Assembly: GCA_032125915.1 (NCBI GenBank)
Contig: JAQBBT010000100.1
Location: 1 to 27,694, forward strand
Origin: Nitrososphaerota archaeon
GTDB lineage: Archaea; Thermoproteota; Nitrososphaeria; Nitrososphaerales; Nitrosopumilaceae
Length of the DNA: 27,694 nt
Direction: 5' to 3'
The first letter of the stretch is position 1, and every line of letters starts with the position of its first letter. This document shows positions 8,474 to 16,115 of this stretch, one piece after another. Below the pieces are notes generated by a model that was not told the origin of the DNA, ran no database searches, and saw only the letters and a list, made by a program, of their open reading frames with translations. Position numbers and translations under genes: made by a program.

Positions 8474-9319
8474 ATGAGTTACGCACACCCTGAGGTCTTA
8501 GTTGATACAGAATGGATGTTTCAAAATCCTCCAAACGAAAATAGAAAATTAGTTGAAGTTGATTATGATCCAGTAAATGGATATCAAAAAGGACATATCA
8601 AAGGTGCTAGCTTAATCTGGTGGAAACGAGATATCAATGATCCTATAACAAGAGACATTATCAATAAAAGACAATTTGAGGCATTAATGTCAAAAAATGG
8701 TATTACTGCAGATACTGAAGTGATTCTTTATGGTGATTTTAATAATTGGTTTGCAGCATTTGTTTTTTGGATTTTTAAAATCTACGGACATGAAAATCTC
8801 AAAATCATGGATGGCGGAAGAAAAAAATGGGAATTGGAAAATAAAGAATATACTTCTGAGGAGCCCCAACTTCAATCAACCAAATACGTAGCACAACCTC
8901 CTGATGAGGGACTTCGCGCTTACTTGTTTGATGTGAGCAGAGCTTTAGGTAAAGAGGACACTGTTATGGTTGATGTACGATCTCCTGCAGAATTCACAGG
9001 AGAAATAACTGCGCCACCTGAATATCCAATGGAGCATGCTCAACGAGGTGGGCATATTCCTGGAGCAAATAACATTCCATGGGCAACTGCGGTCAATGAT
9101 GCGGATGGAACTTTCAAATCTGTAGATGAACTTAGACAAAATTATGAACCAAAAGGGGTCACACCAGATAAAGACGTTATATGTTATTGCAGAATTGGAG
9201 AGAGGTCATCTCACAGTTGGTTTGTTCTAAAATACTTACTTGGTTATTCCAAAGTTCGAAACTATGATGGTTCATGGACTGAGTGGGGTAACATGATAGG
9301 AAACCCTGTGGAAAAATAA
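8474..9319 (+). CDS. Thiosulfate sulfurtransferase (TssA/CysA2-type rhodanese)
   Basis: MSYAHPEVLV.TEW N-terminus, GHIPGA.NIPW, active-site CRIGERS, YDGSWTEWGN. Confidence 0.95.
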   Translation: MSYAHPEVLVDTEWMFQNPPNENRKLVEVDYDPVNGYQKGHIKGASLIWWKRDINDPITRDIINKRQFEALMSKNGITADTEVILYGDFNNWFAAFVFWIFKIYGHENLKIMDGGRKKWELENKEYTSEEPQLQSTKYVAQPPDEGLRAYLFDVSRALGKEDTVMVDVRSPAEFTGEITAPPEYPMEHAQRGGHIPGANNIPWATAVNDADGTFKSVDELRQNYEPKGVTPDKDVICYCRIGERSSHSWFVLKYLLGYSKVRNYDGSWTEWGNMIGNPVEK

Positions 9320-9320
9320 A

Positions 9321-9629
9321 TTGCTTTTAGACCTTCCAATTTTAAAGAAAGGTTCCTTTTACTACATTAAAGACGGTGACTCAGATATCATAATGGAGGA
9401 TAAAACCAAAAGAGGTCTTACTGTAAAGGAAACATCAATTGATGAAAAACTAAACGTCAAGGCAGATAAAGGAATGATTCATGATATGGATGGCATAGGT
9501 CATTGGGTTCCAATTCGTTGGTATTTCTCAAAAAATCAATTTGATCTAAATCAAGTTTCAGGACATGCTGAGGCTATGGATAAAAAGTACACTGAACTCC
9601 GTGAACTTACCTGTCCTGACGATGACTAG
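9321..9629 (+). CDS. Hypothetical protein, 102 aa, translationally coupled to the sulfurtransferase
   Basis: TTG start 1 nt after the upstream stop. Its only Cys is in the acidic C-terminal tail (TCPDDD). Confidence 0.75.
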   Translation: MLLDLPILKKGSFYYIKDGDSDIIMEDKTKRGLTVKETSIDEKLNVKADKGMIHDMDGIGHWVPIRWYFSKNQFDLNQVSGHAEAMDKKYTELRELTCPDDD

Positions 9630-9666
9630 ATAACCTTTTTAAATAAATCCGATGTACTGAAACCAA

Positions 9667-10614
9667 ATGTCGTTACTTCTAAAAGATCGAGTTTGGTCAA
9701 TGGAGGCACCAACTGCAAAGCGCGGAGTGTACCCTCTACATGGTTTCAAATTAGGACTTTATAGATTACCAATTACTCTAGAAGATCCAGTAGAGATTAA
9801 ATCTGTTCATGATGGCTTGAAAAAGGCATTTGAAATGGATGCTTATGCAGATAGAGTTTTCGCTACATATCGCTGGAAGGAACAAAATATGACTGATCCT
9901 GATGCCAAGGGCTATGAAGAAGTTGAACTATCTGTTACAGTAGAAATTGTTACAGGAGAAGTTGTTGATATTATCTATCAAATATTCCCAATAGAAAAAT
10001 TTGGAGATCCTCAATGGGTTAAAGATTATAGGAAAAAAGCAGATCATTTTGCAAAAATGATTATTGATACTATTTTACGAAATACAATTTTGGCAGATAA
10101 GATGATTGATTCTATAATCAAAGATGAAAAGATGTCTGAACTACAAGCGACTCAAAAGTTAGAAGAGATGACTCCCTTGGCAAAAATAGTTCTTGATGCC
10201 AAGCCAAAGCCAAAACCTGTAGAAGAGATTAGTGGAGATGATAGTGGACCTGCCATTCCTGAACTTGATGGTCCAAAATCAGGCCCAATTGATGTTGAGT
10301 TTAAATCTAAAATGAGGGCAACATCTGCATTTAGTGCATCAGGATATGCCATCAAAACATGGGGAAGACGTGGTGCAGACAATAAGCAAATGGGAGTATG
10401 GGGCGAATTTGTATCCGTAGATTATGATATTTGTATTGCAGATGGTGCATGCATTGAAGCATGTCCTGTTGGGGTTTACGAGTGGTTTGACACTCCTGGT
10501 AACGTTGCATCTGATAAAAAACCTCTAATGTCAAAAGAACCAGATTGTATTTTCTGTCTTGCTTGTGAAGGTGTATGTCCACCGTCGGCAATTAAAATAT
10601 TTGAACAGAAATAA
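9667..10614 (+). CDS. Ferredoxin fusion protein: unknown ~200-aa N-terminal domain plus a C-terminal 7Fe ([3Fe-4S][4Fe-4S]) Zfx-like ferredoxin
   Basis: CIADGACIEACP (Asp replaces the second Cys, the 3Fe-4S type) and CIFCLACEGVCP. A Pro/Lys/acidic linker (AKPKPKPVEE) separates the domains. TATA-like TTTAAATA at about 9638-9645. Confidence 0.88.
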   Translation: MSLLLKDRVWSMEAPTAKRGVYPLHGFKLGLYRLPITLEDPVEIKSVHDGLKKAFEMDAYADRVFATYRWKEQNMTDPDAKGYEEVELSVTVEIVTGEVVDIIYQIFPIEKFGDPQWVKDYRKKADHFAKMIIDTILRNTILADKMIDSIIKDEKMSELQATQKLEEMTPLAKIVLDAKPKPKPVEEISGDDSGPAIPELDGPKSGPIDVEFKSKMRATSAFSASGYAIKTWGRRGADNKQMGVWGEFVSVDYDICIADGACIEACPVGVYEWFDTPGNVASDKKPLMSKEPDCIFCLACEGVCPPSAIKIFEQK

Positions 10615-10667
10615 ATCGTAAAGTTTGCAAGTATAAATAGCCAACAAGCAGATTGGAAATCTAGGCA

Positions 10668-12743
10668 ATGGCAATTAACCCTTTCAGCCAATTTGTATTT
10701 GATCTATTTATCATCTCTGCTATTATCATCTCTGCTTATACACTCAACTTTTACTATCTGACTTTTCTTTCTGTACGAAGAAAAGAAGTTTTGACTACTA
10801 TAGATCTGGGGACTCCCTCTGTTACCATTCAACTTCCAATTTATAATGAAAAATATGTCGCAAGGCGCTTAGTTGATGCTGTATGCGGATTGGATTATCC
10901 TAAAGAAAAAATGAAGATTATGATTTTAGATGATTCTGATGATGACACTGTTGAACTTTTAGCTAATGCCGTAAGTGATTACAAAAAACAAGGATTTCAA
11001 ATTGAACACGTAAGACGAGGTACTAGAAAGGGGTACAAGGCAGGAGCACTTAAGCATGCAATGCAAACCACCGATACGGAATTTGTTGCAATCTTTGATG
11101 CAGACTTTATCCCTCCAGAGTGGTTTCTAAAACGAGCAATTCCACACTTTTCCAAACCAAATATTGGTCTAATCCAATGCAGATGGGGACATGTAAATGA
11201 AAACTATTCATCAATTACTAGGGCTCAAGCCTTGAGTCTTGACTTTCATTTTCTAATTGAGCAAAAGGCAAAAAGCAATTCTCATTTATTTATGAACTTT
11301 AATGGGACAGCTGGAATTTGGAAACGCAGCTGTATTGAAGATGCCGGTGGGTGGCATACTGCAACATTGGTAGAGGATTTAGACTTGAGCTATAGGGCCC
11401 AAATGAAAGGATGGAAATGTGTTTTCTTACCTGATATCGTAGTTGATGCAGAACTTCCAGTTCAAATGAATGCAGCTAAACGACAACAATTTCGATGGGC
11501 TAAAGGATCAATACAATGTGCAATCAAACTTCTTGGAGGACTTGCAATTCAAAGAAAAGTTGCAATTGAGGCAAAAATTCAGGCCTTTATTCAATTAACA
11601 CGTCATATAGTTTATCCATTAATGCTAATTCAATTTCTAGCATTACCTATTCTTTTAGCTGGGAACATCAATCTCTATGTTGTTAGCTTTATTCCTGCCT
11701 TAACTATTGCAACATATCTTGCGATGGGTCCTGGAGCATATCTTATGATAATTCAAAAAATGTATAACAAATCTTGGAAATCCAAAGCCAAAATTTTACC
11801 ATCATTACTTGTTTATAATGCTGGAATGTCAGTAAACAACACTGTCGCAGTATTTGATGCCATATTTGGAAAAAAGAATGAATTTTTGAGAACTCCAAAA
11901 TATGGAATTATAAACAAACAAGATAATTGGCGAGATAAAGCATACAATTTACCATTTACGAAAACCACTTTACTTGAAATCTTTTTCGGCGTTTACGGGA
12001 TTATGGGAATTTTAATTTCTATATTTTCAAACAATCCTATTTTTGTACCAATTATAGGACTTCAAACAGTGGGCTTTTTCTTCATCGCATTCATGAGTTT
12101 CTCTCATACTAGATTTAAAAGAAATAAATCCATCCCAATACGAGCTTTAACCAAGGACGAAAAAATGGCAAATAAGATTTACAAACTTTCCATGATTGGA
12201 ATGGCTGCAATTATTGTCTTTGGGGGTTTTATGGCGATTTATGGTTACAATGCTGATATTTACCCACTTGACCGAATGCGAGGTCATATGGATGGAATAG
12301 TTGGATCCTCAGATACTGTGGCAATTCAGGCTCATTTAGTTGAAATAAAACAAGATTTGGCATTAGTAATGGAAAATAATAATATGGCAGAAACACAAAA
12401 CGCTGCCGGCGAACTTGTCGGAAAAAACCCAGTTTGGATATTTCCAACAGAGTCGACAAATTTTCTTAGAATCGAGCACGCCGTAGATTCCATGAGTGTA
12501 AGCATTGAAAAAATTTCAGTTATTCCTAAAGACAGCTCCGCTTATCATACAGGAATTTTAGATATCAACGCTCAAGCTACAATTCTTAAAGAAAACATTA
12601 TGGATGCGACTCCTTACATGTACGTAAGCGTATCAAATATTGTTTTTAGTACAATGTGGATTGCTGTGATAATTGGAATATTTGCAGCCCTTAAACGAAA
12701 GAAAGATCAATTAACTACCTTTGATGAAACATCTGGAATTTAG
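10668..12743 (+). CDS. Processive GT2 glycosyltransferase (cellulose-synthase-like, CslA/CslC-type) with C-terminal membrane extension
   Basis: QLPIYNE, DDSDD, GYKAGAL, DADF, EDLD and QQFRW (D,D,D,QxxRW), followed by multiple TM helices. Confidence 0.92.
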   Translation: MAINPFSQFVFDLFIISAIIISAYTLNFYYLTFLSVRRKEVLTTIDLGTPSVTIQLPIYNEKYVARRLVDAVCGLDYPKEKMKIMILDDSDDDTVELLANAVSDYKKQGFQIEHVRRGTRKGYKAGALKHAMQTTDTEFVAIFDADFIPPEWFLKRAIPHFSKPNIGLIQCRWGHVNENYSSITRAQALSLDFHFLIEQKAKSNSHLFMNFNGTAGIWKRSCIEDAGGWHTATLVEDLDLSYRAQMKGWKCVFLPDIVVDAELPVQMNAAKRQQFRWAKGSIQCAIKLLGGLAIQRKVAIEAKIQAFIQLTRHIVYPLMLIQFLALPILLAGNINLYVVSFIPALTIATYLAMGPGAYLMIIQKMYNKSWKSKAKILPSLLVYNAGMSVNNTVAVFDAIFGKKNEFLRTPKYGIINKQDNWRDKAYNLPFTKTTLLEIFFGVYGIMGILISIFSNNPIFVPIIGLQTVGFFFIAFMSFSHTRFKRNKSIPIRALTKDEKMANKIYKLSMIGMAAIIVFGGFMAIYGYNADIYPLDRMRGHMDGIVGSSDTVAIQAHLVEIKQDLALVMENNNMAETQNAAGELVGKNPVWIFPTESTNFLRIEHAVDSMSVSIEKISVIPKDSSAYHTGILDINAQATILKENIMDATPYMYVSVSNIVFSTMWIAVIIGIFAALKRKKDQLTTFDETSGI

Positions 12744-14332
12744 GATATATTTAGATCCTTTCTAATTTCATCTACTGCTCTAATGCCATAGATATCTCTT
12801 ATTTGCTGAATTCTGATTGATTCTTTTAACAGATCTCGTCCTATAGAATCAGTCAAAATTGAAAATACATCGCTAAATCTAATTTCCCATTTATCTGCAC
12901 AATCAAGAATCTTACTTACGGCCCACTGTCTTACTTCATGCGGTAATGGGATGTTGCTACTTGCTTCTATTGATAATCTATCAAATAGATTTACAATGTT
13001 GGCTGTCTGAGACGCCATACTTTCAAGATCTTTTACTTCCCCATACTTTGATTCTGCTATCATTCTTATGTTTGATTGATATTCTGAGAGTTTCAGTAAT
13101 GCCATCATCTCTTTTGATGTATCTGTGGATACCTTGTTTGTGACATTTTTGACTGATTGTAATTCTTGAAATACCTTGTCTGTTTTTTTATGAAACTCTG
13201 CTGATAATGCATCTTGTGTTTTTAGCATTTCATTAATTGATGATACCTTTTGTTCAATCGTGTTTGTTTTTTCAAACACATTATTTTTAAAATCTACAAA
13301 GTCTTCTTGAACTGATTTTAGTCCTTCGCCCACAAATGCAGTAGAATCTGCTCTATGTGATAGGGTGCCAACTTCAGTCTCAATTTTATCTATTTTTCCA
13401 CCAAAATCAGAAATGATCTGAGTTTTTCCTGCAAGGGAGTTTATTTCATTTTTGATGGATTCTAGTTCAGAACTTAAACTAATTACAGAATCCGTTTTAG
13501 CAGCCACGGTATCAAATTGTTGTTTTAGGCCATCAATTACACCTCCAAGCGAATCTATTTTCTCGGCTTTTCCTGAAATTGAATTAATGGTTGTTTTTAT
13601 GGTATCAAGCTCAGAACTCAAATTGGAAAAAGATTCTGTTCTCTCTATAATCCGACTTAGTTCTTTTTTTAGATCTGAGATTGTATGTGATGATGATTCA
13701 ATACTATCAGTTTTTCCAGAAATTATTTGAATAGTGTTTTTTAGACCTTCAATCTCTTGGCTGATATTTAATACTGAATCTGTCTTACCTGAAATGTTAC
13801 GTAAATCATCTCTTACCTCGTCAATTCTTTGGGCAATTTTGATAATCATTTGAGAATTATTGCGGATTGAATTCATGCTTTCTTCAACTTGCTGAGATAA
13901 TTCTTCTGGCCTGGGGGCTGACGTTTGTATTTGATTTATTTTGTTTACTTCTTCTTGAAGTTTAGATGTTTGATCATTAATTTTTGTAATTAAATTTGAT
14001 TGTGTTCTTACTTGATTTAATCCTGCATAGAGTTTCTGAGAATCGTCTTCAACTATGTTCAATCGATTGGACTGTTTTTGTATATTTTCTAGTGTAGAGG
14101 TAAGAGCATCAATCATTCCTTTCATAGACACCAAAATTTTTTGATTGTCACCAAAAATCTTAGACATTGCTTTGATCTCTTTTTGTAGTGCTTTGGTGGA
14201 ATCTGAAACAGTTGCCACTTTTTTTAAAATAGCCATTGGGGATGGCTCTCTTTTTACAATTTTTGATTTGATAGGCATTTTTGTTTTTTGACTAGATGTT
14301 TTTACAATCTTCTTTGATGGTTTGTTTACCAT
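12740..14332 (-). CDS. Long coiled-coil protein with internal 24-aa repeats and a globular C-terminus; function unknown
   Basis: Basic N-terminal tail, heptad-type periodicity over about 400 aa, no TM segment, C-terminal 'EVRQWAVSKILDCADKWEIRF' domain. Confidence 0.85.
   Translation of the reverse strand: MVNKPSKKIVKTSSQKTKMPIKSKIVKREPSPMAILKKVATVSDSTKALQKEIKAMSKIFGDNQKILVSMKGMIDALTSTLENIQKQSNRLNIVEDDSQKLYAGLNQVRTQSNLITKINDQTSKLQEEVNKINQIQTSAPRPEELSQQVEESMNSIRNNSQMIIKIAQRIDEVRDDLRNISGKTDSVLNISQEIEGLKNTIQIISGKTDSIESSSHTISDLKKELSRIIERTESFSNLSSELDTIKTTINSISGKAEKIDSLGGVIDGLKQQFDTVAAKTDSVISLSSELESIKNEINSLAGKTQIISDFGGKIDKIETEVGTLSHRADSTAFVGEGLKSVQEDFVDFKNNVFEKTNTIEQKVSSINEMLKTQDALSAEFHKKTDKVFQELQSVKNVTNKVSTDTSKEMMALLKLSEYQSNIRMIAESKYGEVKDLESMASQTANIVNLFDRLSIEASSNIPLPHEVRQWAVSKILDCADKWEIRFSDVFSILTDSIGRDLLKESIRIQQIRDIYGIRAVDEIRKDLNIS
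13292..13795 (-). repeat. Seven tandem degenerate 24-aa (72-nt) repeats inside the coiled-coil gene
   Basis: Residues 180-347. Units start ISGKTDSV / ISGKTDSI / IIERTESF / ISGKAEKI / VAAKTDSV / LAGKTQII / LSHRADST, each exactly 24 aa (counted by hand). Confidence 0.85.
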
Positions 14333-14393
14333 GTCTTTTGAAATGAAAATATTATGATAAAAAAGTTGGGTCTAAAATAAAAAATGTAAAGAG

Positions 14394-14501
14394 TTACTTA
14401 TTGACAACATTTGGCGCATGTAGTAACTCATGAAAGGTCTTTTCGACAAGACCGTTTGCCGTTTCAATAAATCCCATGGGACAATATTCACATTGAATCA
14501 T
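14394..14501 (-). CDS. 35-aa C2H2-type zinc-finger microprotein
   Basis: Not in the ORF track. Hand translation MIQCEYCPMGFIETANGLVEKTFHELLHAPNVVNK*, pattern C-x2-C-x3-F-x12-H-x3-H. TATA-like TATTAATA (14524-14531) lies 23-30 nt upstream of the ATG, consistent with a leaderless start. Confidence 0.75.
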   Translation of the reverse strand: MIQCEYCPMGFIETANGLVEKTFHELLHAPNVVNK

Positions 14502-14503
14502 AC

Positions 14504-14524
14504 AGTACGGTATAGTACCGTACT
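14504..14524. promoter_or_regulatory. Perfect inverted repeat AGTACGGTA-tag-TACCGTACT (operator or hairpin) upstream of the microprotein
   Basis: 9-bp arms with a 3-nt spacer, not AT-only. It fills the space between the TATA-like element and the ATG. Confidence 0.6.
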
Positions 14525-14558
14525 ATTAATACTCAGGTAATCTTACAATTACCGATTA

Positions 14559-14622
14559 CGCAGTCAGATACCCCAGGTCATTTTTCTACATTGTTTTCAG
14601 CTGACCTACTCATCATTCTGCG
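14559..14622 (-). ncRNA. Box C/D methylation-guide sRNA (64 nt)
   Basis: Minus strand: CGCAG-A-[AUGAUGA box C]-GUAGGUCAG-[CUGA D']-12 nt-[AAAAUGA degenerate C']-CCUGGGGUAU-[CUGA box D]-CUGCG. The 5-bp terminal stem CGCAG/CUGCG abuts boxes C and D. Intergenic location and typical archaeal size. Confidence 0.82.
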
Positions 14623-14767
14623 ATTAAACCACGATTACTGGGCATAAAGACCTTCAAAATATAATAGAATTTTAAAAACATAAACTGCTCTGTTTGATTG
14701 ACTTTTCACATTTACAAATCATTCTAGCCTAAACTATACAATCGTTTTAGAAGCACAACTGTTTTTA

Positions 14768-14779
14768 AACAAATTTGTT
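14768..14779. promoter_or_regulatory. 12-bp palindrome AACAAATTTGTT immediately after the antiporter TATA-like box (TTTTTAAA, 14762-14769)
   Basis: Self-complementary. The spacing also supports ATG 14790 as the true antiporter start. Confidence 0.4.
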
Positions 14780-14789
14780 CATTGATATC

Positions 14790-16115
14790 ATGCAAAATTA
14801 TGCTTTGCAGATTGATTCTGGTGGAATTCAACAATCATTGAATCAAACTGTTTCAAGTGTGATTGAGCAAATTACTCCAGAACTCTCACATACTACATTT
14901 GTAACTGATCTAGCTTTTATCATGATAATAGGTGCAATAGTAACGCTTGCCTTTTTTAAAATTAAACAACCTCTGATTATTGGTTATCTCTTTGCAGGAA
15001 TGCTGATAGGTCCGTTATCTCCTTTATGGTCTTGGATACTTCCTGATGGTGGTCCTTCGTCTAATACTGTTGGTGGTGTGGGAATTTTATCTGATATTGA
15101 TGCTTTGAACTTGTTTGCTGAAATTGGTGTGATTTTACTACTTTTTGTAATCGGAATAGAGTTTCCATATGCTAAAATCAAAAGTATTGGCAGAGTGGCA
15201 ATTGGTGTGGGTACTATTGGATTAGTCTCTACATTGGGGGTGGTGTTTTATTCTGCAACTGCACTTGGCTTGAACTTTATGGATGCGTTATTCATATCTG
15301 CTGCACTCTCAATTTCTAGTACTGCAATTATTGTGAAAATCTTTGAGGATATGGGCCGAATCAAAAAAGAATCCTCAATTCTTGTTTTAGGTATTTTGAT
15401 TGTAGAAGACGTCATTGCTGTAATTCTAATTTCATCGTTACAATCTATTGCTTTAGTGGGGTCTGTTTCAATAGAGTCAGTTTTGGTTGTAGTTTTAGTG
15501 GCAACGGGATTAATTGTGGGTACATTTACTGTTGGGATCAGAATAATTCCGCCCTTAATTGATAGAGTGGCAGCAACAGAACATCGTGAAATTCTTCTTT
15601 TGAGTGTTCTAGGAGTTTGCTTTGGCTATGCCCTTTTAGCCAATATAGTGGGCTTGTCAGTAGCAATTGGAGCATTTTTGGCAGGAGTGCTTGTCGCAGA
15701 TTCCAAATCTTCTGAGGTGGCTAAAATTTTATCCAGTCCAATCAAAGACATGTTTGTTGCAATTTTCTTTATCTCTGTGGGTGCTTTGATGGATGTTTCT
15801 CAACTTGGAAATTATATCTACATTGCCATAGCATTAATTGCCGTTGCAACTGGAATGAAGTTTGGCGGAAATATGATTGGAAATTTCCTGTTCAGACAAA
15901 AACGTGGGAAATCACTTCGCTCTGCCTTTGCACTGGCTGCCCCACGAGGTGAATTTTCTATTGTAATTATTAAAACTGGAGTAGACATTGGAGCGGTTAG
16001 CGCATTTTTATTCCCTTTAATTGGTGTCATTTCTATAGTAACTGCTTTTCTTTCGCCATTTTTGGTAAAAGCAAGTGACAAAATAGTTCCAGCTTTGCAA
16101 GAAAAAGATGTCTGA
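14790..16115 (+). CDS. Monovalent cation:proton antiporter, CPA2 (KefB/NapA-like), without RCK domain
   Basis: About 13 hydrophobic segments; QP.IIGYL.AGMLIGP, AEIGVILLLF.IGIE, SISSTAIIVK, LIVEDV, GAFLAG, PRGEFS. The ORF track starts at TTG 14775, but ATG 14790 fits the TATA spacing better. Confidence 0.92.
   Translation: MQNYALQIDSGGIQQSLNQTVSSVIEQITPELSHTTFVTDLAFIMIIGAIVTLAFFKIKQPLIIGYLFAGMLIGPLSPLWSWILPDGGPSSNTVGGVGILSDIDALNLFAEIGVILLLFVIGIEFPYAKIKSIGRVAIGVGTIGLVSTLGVVFYSATALGLNFMDALFISAALSISSTAIIVKIFEDMGRIKKESSILVLGILIVEDVIAVILISSLQSIALVGSVSIESVLVVVLVATGLIVGTFTVGIRIIPPLIDRVAATEHREILLLSVLGVCFGYALLANIVGLSVAIGAFLAGVLVADSKSSEVAKILSSPIKDMFVAIFFISVGALMDVSQLGNYIYIAIALIAVATGMKFGGNMIGNFLFRQKRGKSLRSAFALAAPRGEFSIVIIKTGVDIGAVSAFLFPLIGVISIVTAFLSPFLVKASDKIVPALQEKDV

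Noticed and set aside
12740-14332. Methyl-accepting chemotaxis protein
   Set aside because: No TM/HAMP region and no conserved MCP hairpin signature (GFAVVA.EVR); similarity would be generic coiled coil.
14568-14577. 16S rRNA (GAUUAGAUACCC region) as target of the sRNA D guide
   Set aside because: Pairing breaks after about 6 bp with a G-G mismatch, whereas the 23S candidate pairs over 9 nt.
14578-14616. Short minus-strand ORF MMSRSAENNVEK*
   Set aside because: Its ATGATGA start is box C of the sRNA; the region is better explained as RNA.
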